A stretch of 64,000 nucleotides of DNA from a phage: assembly GCA_018175075.1 (NCBI GenBank), contig GCA_018175075.1_4100.2. One strand, 5' to 3'. The translations under genes were made by a program, and so were the position numbers. A model generated the notes under the pieces. That model ran no database searches. It had not been told where the DNA came from and saw only the letters and a program-made list of their open reading frames with translations. Of the stretch, positions 1 through 8,904 are shown piece by piece. Position 1 is the first letter of the stretch. Every line of letters starts with the position of its first letter.

Positions 1-1
1 G

Positions 2-118
2 GATAAGTATAGTTCAGATGTTATACCAGAGGTAATTAACGGATTACAACGAAGGGTTGATATACTTTCATATGATATAATCAATGGAAATATAACAATA
101 AGTATAAACCAAGTATAA
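2..118 (+). CDS. 3' end of an upstream gene (partial, hypothetical)
   Basis: Only open frame from the window edge; stop TAA at 116-118; no start in window. Confidence 0.3.
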   Translation, partial: DKYSSDVIPEVINGLQRRVDILSYDIINGNITISINQV

Positions 119-130
119 GGAGAATACTTC

Positions 131-652
131 ATGGAAGAAGGGAAAAAGAAAGACAAATTGGCAATACACTACACATCAGGTCACGATGTATGGTGTACCC
201 CAAAAGATTTCTTTAAGAAATTGGATGATGTGTGGCATTTTACATTAGATAGTGCATGTGTTAAAGAAACTGCGTTATGTTCTAAGTACTATACACCAGA
301 AACTAATGGTTTAGTACAAGATTGGGGTAATGAAATTGTATGGTGCAATTGTCCATATAGTGATATTAAATCATGGCTAATAAAATGCACAGATGCATAT
401 AACAAAGGGGCAACTGTAATGATTTTAGTACCATCTAGAACAGAAACTATAGCTTTTCAAGATTATGCATGTCCAGTATCTGATGCAATTTGCTTTATTA
501 AAGGAAGATTGAAATTCGTAGATCCACATAATCCACATAGAAAAACAACGGTAGCTCCGTTCCCGTCATGTCTATTAGTTATGGATAGAAATCTAACACA
601 AGCTAAAATAAACTTACTCAAATCTCTCGGAAACACGATGGTTAACATATGA
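131..652 (+). CDS. DNA N6-adenine methyltransferase (phage Dam-like small MTase)
   Basis: RBS AAGGAG upstream; motif WCNCPYSD resembles the (D/N)PPY catalytic motif of N6A MTases; ~173 aa as in small phage N6A MTases. Confidence 0.65.
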   Translation: MEEGKKKDKLAIHYTSGHDVWCTPKDFFKKLDDVWHFTLDSACVKETALCSKYYTPETNGLVQDWGNEIVWCNCPYSDIKSWLIKCTDAYNKGATVMILVPSRTETIAFQDYACPVSDAICFIKGRLKFVDPHNPHRKTTVAPFPSCLLVMDRNLTQAKINLLKSLGNTMVNI

Positions 653-1185
653 CGAAAGAAACATGTATATTATCATTTATGAGATGTAACCCAATACATC
701 ACGGACATGGTTTAGTGTTTGAAAAAGCTCAAGCACTACAAGAACAGTACAATGCTGATTTGAAAATATTCCTTAGTACCAGTACTGATAATATAAAAAA
801 CCCGCTTCCTCCTGAATTAAAGATGTATTACACTGAGGGTTTCTATCCTTCGGTTCAAGAAAACATTTATACTGAAGATAATCTTTTTGATATAATGCGT
901 GAATTAGATGGAAAATATTTAGATGTATTTTTTATATGTGGTTCAGACCGTATTGATTCTTTTCAGAAAACACTTGACAGTTACAATGGGAAGTTGTATA
1001 ATTTTTGTAATATAAAAGCAATTCAAGCAGGTATTGACCGCCAATCAAGTCAATATAGCTCAACACAAATGCGTAACTTCGCAAAAAATGAAGATTTTGA
1101 TAGTTTTCGTGAGTTTTTACCTGGAAATGACGAGGACTTAAAAATACAATTATTTGAAGACGTTATAAAATACATGAGGAAATAA
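649..1185 (+). CDS. HxGH-type nucleotidyltransferase, NMN adenylyltransferase-like
   Basis: N-terminal RCNPIHHGH (H-x-G-H motif) and C-terminal SSTQMR (ISSTxxR-like motif) as in the NadD/NMNAT family; overlaps previous stop. Confidence 0.55.
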   Translation: MTKETCILSFMRCNPIHHGHGLVFEKAQALQEQYNADLKIFLSTSTDNIKNPLPPELKMYYTEGFYPSVQENIYTEDNLFDIMRELDGKYLDVFFICGSDRIDSFQKTLDSYNGKLYNFCNIKAIQAGIDRQSSQYSSTQMRNFAKNEDFDSFREFLPGNDEDLKIQLFEDVIKYMRK

Positions 1186-1187
1186 TT

Positions 1188-1481
1188 ATGTCAGTACTGT
1201 TCAAAACCAATCCAGTACTTTGGGATCAAAATGAGCAATCAGGATTTCGTTCCATCCATGTTGAATACAAAGGTAATACTGTAGTTGCAATTATTGCTAA
1301 CAAAACTCTAGGAAACTGGACTGCACAGGTTGTTCCTATGGGATATTCTTACACATCTGATGAGGTTCAATTCCTGGCTGAACTATATCGTCAAGTGCCG
1401 TTTATCATTAATGTACTAGAAGGTAATGATACATTAACCCATGAAGATGTGATTAATTTTCTTGGAAACTTACATGTGTGA
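1188..1481 (+). CDS. hypothetical protein
   Basis: ORF in tight plus-strand gene array. Confidence 0.5.
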   Translation: MSVLFKTNPVLWDQNEQSGFRSIHVEYKGNTVVAIIANKTLGNWTAQVVPMGYSYTSDEVQFLAELYRQVPFIINVLEGNDTLTHEDVINFLGNLHV

Positions 1482-1761
1482 TGAAATAAATCTTACAGGA
1501 TATTTTTTACAAGAATCAATGATTAAATTTAGTGATAAATTTTCAGTACTGGATGGTATCGAAATGTGGCATGTCAAACCACTGTTCCACACTTTCAGTA
1601 AAGAGCACAAAATGTTATTGACTGAAGCCAGTAAATCAAATAACATATGTGAAATCAAAATTGGTGTAAATGTCTATAAAGGGATGGTTATCTTTTTTGA
1701 CAATAACAGCAACTACTTTTATATTGTTAAGGAGCATTACGTTGACAAATACAAATACTAA
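1462..1761 (+). CDS. hypothetical protein
   Basis: ORF; overlaps neighbours, boundaries uncertain. Confidence 0.45.
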   Translation: METYMCDEINLTGYFLQESMIKFSDKFSVLDGIEMWHVKPLFHTFSKEHKMLLTEASKSNNICEIKIGVNVYKGMVIFFDNNSNYFYIVKEHYVDKYKY

Positions 1762-2356
1762 TACATACTTCCGTTATCTTCGCTTAGGTCTTTCCCTACG
1801 TCCGATCCGTGGAAAGTGCGATTCACTCGCTGACCTTGACTATGCATATGCATTACATCATGAAGGTGTACAGTATGTATTGGGTGATTATGGTGAATTT
1901 GAAGAAACAAATGACAGTACTGGAATTAATGCTGGTGTAGAAAATCTTAACAACATTGCTAACAGTTCTCGCCATGACATTGTGTTACAGATTCAAAACT
2001 TTATTGAGCAGCACACAGGTAAACGTGTTTGGTGCTATGTCGGTACGGATGCACAAATGTCAATTTCATTCGGTAACGATGAAGGATATGTTGCACAGCT
2101 TATTATGGATTTTGAATCTGAAGAGAAGTTTTTAGAATTCAAAGAAAAGATTATTCAGTCACTTGTTGATATGGGTATCCCCGAAGATAAAATGCCAGAA
2201 GTTCAAAACATTGATGAATTTGTTTTGATTCCATCTGATGAGAAATATGATGCAATGTTTACTGCTCTTAATATTCCAGGAGTTATTGTGGAGTACTTTG
2301 ATGATGGTGATGATAGTATCTATATCGATCTAGATGACGATGACGACGATGAATAA
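1670..2356 (+). CDS. hypothetical protein with poly-Asp C-terminus
   Basis: ORF ending DLDDDDDDE; 92-nt overlap with previous ORF so true start is probably downstream; followed by terminator. Confidence 0.45.
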   Translation: MSIKGWLSFLTITATTFILLRSITLTNTNTNTYFRYLRLGLSLRPIRGKCDSLADLDYAYALHHEGVQYVLGDYGEFEETNDSTGINAGVENLNNIANSSRHDIVLQIQNFIEQHTGKRVWCYVGTDAQMSISFGNDEGYVAQLIMDFESEEKFLEFKEKIIQSLVDMGIPEDKMPEVQNIDEFVLIPSDEKYDAMFTALNIPGVIVEYFDDGDDSIYIDLDDDDDDE

Positions 2357-2362
2357 TGTACA

Positions 2363-2391
2363 TAGCCCGACATAAGTTCGGGCTATTTTTG
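2363..2391 (+). terminator. intrinsic terminator
   Basis: Hairpin AGCCCGA...TCGGGCT followed by T-run. Confidence 0.6.
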
Positions 2392-2402
2392 TAAGGGGAT
2401 AT

Positions 2403-2678
2403 ATGAATTATAAAGTTCTACAATATACATACAGTGTTTTGTTTGATTTACATCACAATGGAAGATATCTCAATACAATACGAGAAAACACATTCACTCA
2501 TACTATCTGGATTAATCACTTAATAATGATACGTGAATATTTTGTTAATAGTGAGATAATCATTCGTGGTAAAAAACAGAAGATAGAACAAGTTAATAGT
2601 TTTGGTGGTAAATTAGTACTATCATTTATAGATAGTAATACTAATGAAAGATATAGTATAGATTTGGTGGACATATGA
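2403..2678 (+). CDS. small paralog-family protein (member 1 of tandem array)
   Basis: N-terminal LQYTYSVLFDL motif shared with downstream neighbours. Confidence 0.5.
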   Translation: MNYKVLQYTYSVLFDLHHNGRYLNTIRENTFTHTIWINHLIMIREYFVNSEIIIRGKKQKIEQVNSFGGKLVLSFIDSNTNERYSIDLVDI

Positions 2679-2941
2679 ATTATAAAGATTTCCTACTAAC
2701 ATACAAGATTATTCGAGATTTAGCACACGACAATGATAGCCCTAGTCTAGAAGACACATGCACTGAAATGATTCATACGATTCGTGGTAAGATTAAAAAA
2801 AAATTCAGTACTGTTATTATTGGTGATGACCATGCAGAATTTTCTGATATAATCATTAGACGTGATGGTAAAGTTGAGGTTCAGTACTACACTGATTTTG
2901 GATTTACCAGTATTCCGTTGGAGATATTCCCTTGGGATTAA
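2675..2941 (+). CDS. small paralog-family protein (member 2)
   Basis: Shared N-terminal LLTYKIIRDL motif; start overlaps previous stop. Confidence 0.5.
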   Translation: MNYKDFLLTYKIIRDLAHDNDSPSLEDTCTEMIHTIRGKIKKKFSTVIIGDDHAEFSDIIIRRDGKVEVQYYTDFGFTSIPLEIFPWD

Positions 2942-3243
2942 ATTTAAATGATATACAATTCACTTATAAGATCCTATATGATTTGTATGATGTATACCTT
3001 GTTAGTAACAAAATAGGTTCACATAACCCATACAAAGAACAACCATTTATTGATTTATATATTGAGTACTTAGATTCAGTAGGTGAATATATAAAAAAGA
3101 ATTACAGTACTTTTATCGACGGAAATGATATATTCGAGTTCTCTGGAGTTAAATCATACAATGGGATTATCCATGTTGAATTTCTTGAAATAACCGATAG
3201 GGGATTTATCGAGATTAAAGTTGTGAAGTTGGTGAATTTATAA
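2932..3243 (+). CDS. small paralog-family protein (member 3)
   Basis: IQFTYKILYDLYD motif; probable TTG start with GGAG upstream. Confidence 0.5.
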   Translation: MGLNLNDIQFTYKILYDLYDVYLVSNKIGSHNPYKEQPFIDLYIEYLDSVGEYIKKNYSTFIDGNDIFEFSGVKSYNGIIHVEFLEITDRGFIEIKVVKLVNL

Positions 3244-3253
3244 GAGGTTACAT

Positions 3254-3565
3254 ATGTTATTAAATGATATACAATTCACATACAAATTTTTGTATATCCA
3301 ATACGCTACGGTTGATGCTGGAGAATATCTCTACGGTGAAATCTATCGTTCGGTATGGATAAAGTTTTTGGATGAATTACATGAATATTACCATGATTTG
3401 TGTATAGTTCGTGATAATAAAATATACAAATTCCGCGATATTGTTAGTCATAGCGGTAAGCTACGATTGGAATTAAGTACTGATAGTGATGTTGATTGGA
3501 TTGGTGTAAATTTACTGGAGTTGGAGAATGAAAAACAACTTAAAGGAAATACAAGTATTTTATAA
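3254..3565 (+). CDS. small paralog-family protein (member 4)
   Basis: IQFTYKFLY motif; RBS AAGAGG; ATG start. Confidence 0.55.
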   Translation: MLLNDIQFTYKFLYIQYATVDAGEYLYGEIYRSVWIKFLDELHEYYHDLCIVRDNKIYKFRDIVSHSGKLRLELSTDSDVDWIGVNLLELENEKQLKGNTSIL

Positions 3566-3812
3566 ATTCTTATACTTGTCATATGTAAAAGATGAGTACT
3601 ATGAAAGTGTGTATTATTTTTTATGGCAACATTACCGTACTATAGTAAGAGATTTATATATAGGAAAATCTATCATATCCAATGGTGAAAAATGTATATG
3701 TACTGATGTTGTTAGTTTTAATGGTTCTTTAACACTGTGTTTCAGATGCGATAATAATAGTGGGTCATTTTCATTAAACGTATATCAGTTAGAAGGAATA
3801 AATTTTGAATAA
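3528..3812 (+). CDS. small paralog-family protein (member 5)
   Basis: IQVFYKFLYLSY and YIGKS motifs. Confidence 0.5.
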   Translation: MKNNLKEIQVFYKFLYLSYVKDEYYESVYYFLWQHYRTIVRDLYIGKSIISNGEKCICTDVVSFNGSLTLCFRCDNNSGSFSLNVYQLEGINFE

Positions 3813-4005
3813 ATGTCCATATTGTAACAGTACTCAATTAGCTCGTTTCCGTTTAGATTCAGACTGGGCGACTGGTGCTGGTGATTTCTTCCCTATTAAT
3901 GATGATGCAGAATACACCGAAGAACAGCACAAAGATTTTGATAAATCATGGCGACCTGACATTGAGTGCATTTATTGCCTTAATTGTGAGCGTGTTCATG
4001 ACTAA
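3805..4005 (+). CDS. small zinc-ribbon protein
   Basis: CPYC ... CIYCLNC cysteine pairs. Confidence 0.5.
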   Translation: MNKCPYCNSTQLARFRLDSDWATGAGDFFPINDDAEYTEEQHKDFDKSWRPDIECIYCLNCERVHD

Positions 4006-4261
4006 AGCTGAACTAATAGTTCATACATATAAAATGATATCAAGTACTGAGTTATCATATAGTGCAGATAATCCAGTACTAGATTATTTTGTTGAATTAT
4101 TGAAAGAGCATTATATTGGTAAATCACTGATTCTTAATAATATTAATTTCACGGTAAAGGATGTAGCACCTGGAAAAAACGTACTAATAGTATGTGTTAC
4201 TTCATCTGATAACCCAGTATACCCAATATCAATAATTTTTGAGATATTAGGAGATTTATGA
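3998..4261 (+). CDS. small paralog-family protein (member 6)
   Basis: IVHTYKMI and YIGKSL motifs; start taken at internal ATG overlapping previous stop. Confidence 0.45.
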   Translation: MTKAELIVHTYKMISSTELSYSADNPVLDYFVELLKEHYIGKSLILNNINFTVKDVAPGKNVLIVCVTSSDNPVYPISIIFEILGDL

Positions 4262-4548
4262 ATATCATTTTAATGCAGAAAACATATGCTATATTGGTGA
4301 AAGATTATTCCATTACTTTCGATTCACAAGAAAGTGCTCTACAGAACCTATACAAAAACGTAACACAAGAATACAGAAATATGTTTTCTGACTTAGTAGT
4401 AGGAAGGTATTTCAGTACTAAAAAACGCAAAAAACTCAAAGTTGTAGATATTACTTTTTTCTCCAACGGGCATATAACAATTCATGGTGTAGAACATAAT
4501 TCACAAATATATCGTAACTACTCATCTAACGAGGTAACATTTTTATGA
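4258..4548 (+). CDS. small paralog-family protein (member 7)
   Basis: LMQKTYAILVKDY motif; ATGA overlap with previous gene. Confidence 0.5.
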   Translation: MNIILMQKTYAILVKDYSITFDSQESALQNLYKNVTQEYRNMFSDLVVGRYFSTKKRKKLKVVDITFFSNGHITIHGVEHNSQIYRNYSSNEVTFL

Positions 4549-4718
4549 GAACAGTATTTTTTATCTGGAGTCTTTTTTCATTGGCAGTACTGACAGTATG
4601 TGGGATTTGTTTACTTTCGACAATGAATGTCTGGTACATTAATTTACTATTCCCATTCGTAGGTGTAGGTTTAGGATTTACTTTACATAGTGTTTGTAAG
4701 GATTTTAATGGCAAATAA
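4545..4718 (+). CDS. small hydrophobic membrane peptide (57 aa)
   Basis: ORF below the track threshold, found by reading; ATGA overlap with upstream stop; two hydrophobic stretches. Confidence 0.35.
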   Translation: MRTVFFIWSLFSLAVLTVCGICLLSTMNVWYINLLFPFVGVGLGFTLHSVCKDFNGK

Positions 4719-4992
4719 ATCGAATGAAGTACTTGTTGCTGAAACAATGAAGATGGTTTATGCCATAACAACTAGTAATGATTTGTCTTACCCAATTAAG
4801 TCCAAGTTGAGGGATATAACTCTTCAGGTTATACAGCAGTACTACAAATCTAAACACAAAAGTATTATTAATGTTTATCGTGACTATGAAAGGATTCGCA
4901 TTTTGTTCTGGAACAAGAATCGAGTTCGTTCGGAATGTGATATAGAAAACTTTAAATTTGAGAATCTTTATTGTTACAAAGCGGGACAATAG
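4708..4992 (+). CDS. hypothetical protein
   Basis: ORF; start set at ATG 4708 (track uses GTG 4690). Confidence 0.45.
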   Translation: MANKSNEVLVAETMKMVYAITTSNDLSYPIKSKLRDITLQVIQQYYKSKHKSIINVYRDYERIRILFWNKNRVRSECDIENFKFENLYCYKAGQ

Positions 4993-5010
4993 CTCAAGTA
5001 GTGATATAAT
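4983..5010 (+). promoter_or_regulatory. sigma70-like early promoter (GGGACA -16- TGaTATAAT)
   Basis: -35-like GGGACA at 4983-4988; extended -10 TGATATAAT at 5002-5010. Confidence 0.5.
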
Positions 5011-5050
5011 ATTGGATGAGGAACAATAACTAACACAAGGAGTGTGTAAA

Positions 5051-5974
5051 GTGCCAAGTAAAAAGCCAGATTCTGAAGTATTCAGACTGGTTGATGAAAA
5101 ATTGAGTTCAATTGGTTCATCGGTAAAAATGGATAGAACAACATACACTACCATATCAAACAAATCAACTTTTTTCTGTGATGAATGTGGGTTTAGTAAA
5201 AATATCATAGTTAGGAATGTGTACAAAAATGGAATATTTTGTCACTGTCCCACATTTAAAACTTTATATAATAAATTGGGTGAAATTAATTCAAAATTAA
5301 AATTAGATATTTCCACATTCACAACTACAAAAAACAAATCTAGATTTTATTGTGACGATTGTGCGTTTGAAAGATATATGACGGTGCATGATGTTAAGTC
5401 TAGAGGTTCATATTGTAAATGTCATTCATCATATTGTATGCCGTTAGATATCGACGAAGCATATAACACTATTATGAATAAAATAAAAGATTACTCAAAT
5501 ACAATATATATGGATAAATCTACATACCGTGGTACACAATATAAGGTTAGATTTTATTGTACAGCGTGTAATTTTGACAAATATATTAATTATAGTAGAG
5601 TTAAATGTGGATCTCTTAACTGCAATTGTATCAGACCAATCCCAGAAGAAAGTAAATTATATATTTTAGGAATATATGAACAAAATATTTTAATAAAATA
5701 TAAAGTTGGTATTTCTACAAAGATTGATAAATCAAGACTAATTAGTATTAGGTCAAAAACTAATTTTATAGTAGAGGAATTATATTATTTTACTGGAAAT
5801 ACCGAAGTTATTAAAAGTGTAGAATATAATATTTTAAATCTGCTTAAAAATAGTAGTAAATTGCCAAAGGATTATTTTGGTGATGGGTATACTGAAACAT
5901 TTGATTTACAAGACATAAATCTTGTTATTGATTATGTATGTAAATGTTTACTCGAAAATAAATTAAAAATATGA
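5051..5974 (+). CDS. putative nuclease: three zinc-ribbon repeats plus C-terminal GIY-YIG-like domain
   Basis: Three repeats of F-x-C-D-x-C...C-x-C; C-terminal GIYEQNILIKYKVGIS resembles a GIY-YIG/T5orf172-type motif; probable GTG start after AAGGAG. Confidence 0.45.
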   Translation: MPSKKPDSEVFRLVDEKLSSIGSSVKMDRTTYTTISNKSTFFCDECGFSKNIIVRNVYKNGIFCHCPTFKTLYNKLGEINSKLKLDISTFTTTKNKSRFYCDDCAFERYMTVHDVKSRGSYCKCHSSYCMPLDIDEAYNTIMNKIKDYSNTIYMDKSTYRGTQYKVRFYCTACNFDKYINYSRVKCGSLNCNCIRPIPEESKLYILGIYEQNILIKYKVGISTKIDKSRLISIRSKTNFIVEELYYFTGNTEVIKSVEYNILNLLKNSSKLPKDYFGDGYTETFDLQDINLVIDYVCKCLLENKLKI

Positions 5975-5999
5975 AAATCATAAACACAAGGAATGTGAA

Positions 6000-6728
6000 A
6001 TGATAGATAATATAAAATTTGCAACAGAAATGGCGAATCAACTCAATATTGCAAATTTCCAAATGTTAACATCTGTTATGGCTGAACATGCTGCGGCATA
6101 TTCATCTAGCGGTATACAATGTGGACAAGCTAACATGTTAGCTGATGTTTATAGTGAAGTTCAAAGCAAACAATATAGCGTAAAGACATACAAGGATAAG
6201 TTCGTAAGTCTTTATATGAATGAAGATATTTCAGAAGACCGCAAATTCACCGATTTTATTATTGAACGCCGTATTAGTGGGGTTTCAGACCCAAATGCAG
6301 CAAGTGATATTGTATTCGATGAGGTATTAAAAGATATATATGAAAATGAATTGAAAAGTAAGAATCATTACAATGTACGTGAAACTAACACAGTGCTAGT
6401 TGGATATGATGAAGACGACCAATATTTCTATTTTCGTATAACAGAAGTTCCATTTGAATATAAAAAACCATCCACTACATCGGTAAAAGAATTCACTGAG
6501 AAGAGTAAAAACTTCAAGAAACACGAAGGAAACCGTTGTAGTATTAATGGTTATGATGAAAATGGTGTTCATGTTTATGAATGGGTTTCACCTAATTGCC
6601 AAACATACACTCGTTGCTTGAAAAAACGTTATAATTTAGAAGAGCATGAATCATTCTATTTTAAAGTTAAGAAGCAAGGTTACACTCGCCCCGCCGATTC
6701 TGAATTGATGGGTATGATATATTTCTAA
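6000..6728 (+). CDS. hypothetical protein
   Basis: ORF with ATG start. Confidence 0.5.
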   Translation: MIDNIKFATEMANQLNIANFQMLTSVMAEHAAAYSSSGIQCGQANMLADVYSEVQSKQYSVKTYKDKFVSLYMNEDISEDRKFTDFIIERRISGVSDPNAASDIVFDEVLKDIYENELKSKNHYNVRETNTVLVGYDEDDQYFYFRITEVPFEYKKPSTTSVKEFTEKSKNFKKHEGNRCSINGYDENGVHVYEWVSPNCQTYTRCLKKRYNLEEHESFYFKVKKQGYTRPADSELMGMIYF

Positions 6729-6738
6729 GGAAACTTCT

Positions 6739-7020
6739 ATGGATTTTTATCTACACACATGGACATACGAACAATATATTACATTATATCTTGAAATTAT
6801 TAACACAGAACCTAGGTGTGGTTGTTGGTTCGCAGATATCATAAAAGAGTATGCTGACGAGTTCGAGTTTGTGTATCTTGGGTCTGATATATTTGTAAAA
6901 AGTGTAGGTAAAACCGGACGAATCACTGATATAGATTACGACACTGTTAGTGTGAATTTCTATGTTGATTTTCCTGATGCTGGCGTTGATGGTGTATATT
7001 GTCTTTATGAAATAATTTAA
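6739..7020 (+). CDS. hypothetical protein
   Basis: ORF followed by terminator. Confidence 0.5.
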   Translation: MDFYLHTWTYEQYITLYLEIINTEPRCGCWFADIIKEYADEFEFVYLGSDIFVKSVGKTGRITDIDYDTVSVNFYVDFPDAGVDGVYCLYEII

Positions 7021-7027
7021 ATTCTTA

Positions 7028-7051
7028 GGCCAGCGTTTGCTGGTCTTTTTT
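7028..7051 (+). terminator. intrinsic terminator
   Basis: Hairpin CCAGC...GCTGG plus T-run. Confidence 0.6.
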
Positions 7052-7064
7052 CGCAGGTACAAAG

Positions 7065-7367
7065 ATGTTCAGTATAGATTTAATTAACAGTACTATCAAA
7101 ATGTTGGCTGATTTGGTGAGACAATCAAATGGAACTTTATATTCTGCAATGTATAAAATGTTTGACCGATATATCAAGGATTGTAACATATCATTATATG
7201 GACTTGCTGTTGATATAGACGATTACTATGGAATTAATACTTCATATAAAACAGGAATTTTAATTGGTATTAATATAAAGATGGGGTATTTCCCTTATTA
7301 CTGTATAGGATTACCAGATAATACTTTGGTAGAATATCCAGCCAGTACTATTAAATTAAGAGGATAA
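7065..7367 (+). CDS. hypothetical protein
   Basis: ORF. Confidence 0.5.
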   Translation: MFSIDLINSTIKMLADLVRQSNGTLYSAMYKMFDRYIKDCNISLYGLAVDIDDYYGINTSYKTGILIGINIKMGYFPYYCIGLPDNTLVEYPASTIKLRG

Positions 7368-7374
7368 AACTAAA

Positions 7375-7953
7375 ATGAATGTATTAGAATTAAGTACTAA
7401 GCTGATTAGTATGCGTAATGAGTGGTACGATTGGTTTTATAATGGTACTGATATGGATTTTTCAAAATATCCATTTATGGAATCAGGATGTGATGCAAGA
7501 TACCGCTGGTTGAGCAAAGATTGTTCTGGTTTACATATTCTAGTTGACGATAGTGGTCAGGGAATTATAAAAGATTTACTTCAAGTTGAACAACTCGTCC
7601 ATGATAATTGGTGTGATAACGATCCATACCTTGGAAATATGATTTATGTAAGTGAAGATGATTGCATATTCGTTATCCAGCGTCATGGTAATTCTATGTT
7701 TTATGTAGCAGACAGCAGTACTCCAGAAGGTGCAGCAGCCGATGGTCTTATGCCTAAGATTGATATATTGGAATTTGGATTACCTGAGCACTTCCAGATT
7801 AGTACTTTATACGATATTCCACCACTTGAGTTCTTTGAAGAATTTAAATTGTACTACAATGATCTTCAAAAATTGAGTACTGATCGACGCATTGAAATAA
7901 CTGTTAAGTACATGGACGGAACGAAATTAACTGATACGGGGATAGAATTTTGA
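7375..7953 (+). CDS. hypothetical protein
   Basis: ORF. Confidence 0.5.
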   Translation: MNVLELSTKLISMRNEWYDWFYNGTDMDFSKYPFMESGCDARYRWLSKDCSGLHILVDDSGQGIIKDLLQVEQLVHDNWCDNDPYLGNMIYVSEDDCIFVIQRHGNSMFYVADSSTPEGAAADGLMPKIDILEFGLPEHFQISTLYDIPPLEFFEEFKLYYNDLQKLSTDRRIEITVKYMDGTKLTDTGIEF

Positions 7954-8639
7954 TTAAAGATTTAGATAGAATTTTATATGTACTAAGGGGTGTAATTACA
8001 TTACATCCACAAATCAATCGAATTGAAAGTACATTTCAGTTGGAGTCAAGAGAAACTCCATATTCACATATATCAAATGTAGTTGGTTCACTCAGTACTG
8101 AAGACTCGCCTTACGATATTTGTGTATGTGAAGTACAACCAAGTTCGGATCTTGGATTTGCTATTTTTGATAAAAATCAAAATCTCATTAGTATGTTTCA
8201 GTGCAATAATCCTTTTTGGAAAACATGCCTGTATCCAGAGTGGGCGATGCTTGATCCAACCAAGAGTACCATTAAAGTTTATGACTCTAAAAATGATGAA
8301 GTCGTTATTGATTTGGATGAGTCAATGTCAGAGGAAGAACACTTTCAGCTAATGATGATGCGTGCTATGCCTGAGTACAATGCAATGATTAACACTGTGC
8401 AATACATTAAGGATACTATGCCATCATTGCGTACACATGAGTTTTGTCATCCTGTATTGTATGAACATTTGGATTTAGATTTCAGTACTATTAAATTTAA
8501 AGATAGTGTTATTAGATATATCCAAGAGGTTACTAAATTTGATTTTATTAGTACTATGAACAATAATCCAAAAACTAATTTTAGGCATCAGTACAATGAA
8601 TCTTTGTCCGGTGGACGCGATACAAGTTGGTGGAAATAA
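7950..8639 (+). CDS. hypothetical protein
   Basis: ORF; start overlaps previous stop. Confidence 0.5.
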   Translation: MIKDLDRILYVLRGVITLHPQINRIESTFQLESRETPYSHISNVVGSLSTEDSPYDICVCEVQPSSDLGFAIFDKNQNLISMFQCNNPFWKTCLYPEWAMLDPTKSTIKVYDSKNDEVVIDLDESMSEEEHFQLMMMRAMPEYNAMINTVQYIKDTMPSLRTHEFCHPVLYEHLDLDFSTIKFKDSVIRYIQEVTKFDFISTMNNNPKTNFRHQYNESLSGGRDTSWWK

Positions 8640-8640
8640 T

Positions 8641-8904
8641 ATGAATATTAAAGATAGATTACAATTACTATACACTATTGAACAGGCTGCTTTTGAACTT
8701 GTTAATAAAATCTCCGAAGAACTTCCCAAAGGAACTATAGTTCGTGTAATTGAGAGGGATTATGAATCTGGAGAAATTGAAGAACTAGTACTAACCGTGA
8801 ATAAAGTAACATACTATGAATCTGAGTTGGCTATCCAATGTATATCGGAAGATGGTAAAATATACTATTATGACACTGGTGTAGATATAGAGGTAATAAA
8901 ATGA
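8641..8904 (+). CDS. hypothetical protein
   Basis: ORF; start moved to ATG 8641 (GGTGGA upstream) to avoid overlap. Confidence 0.45.
   Translation: MNIKDRLQLLYTIEQAAFELVNKISEELPKGTIVRVIERDYESGEIEELVLTVNKVTYYESELAIQCISEDGKIYYYDTGVDIEVIK

Noticed and set aside
463-648. Minus-strand ORF (61 aa) inside the methyltransferase gene
   Set aside because: Fully embedded antisense to a well-supported plus-strand gene, with no RBS. The same reasoning applies to the other short minus-strand ORFs in the track that overlap plus-strand genes.
4705-5226. 173-aa minus-strand ORF
   Set aside because: Antisense to two plus-strand genes and spans the promoter at 4983-5010; low-complexity hydrophobic translation typical of AT-rich antisense frames
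8083-8352. Plus-strand ORF in an alternate frame inside 7950..8639
   Set aside because: Completely nested in another frame of a longer ORF
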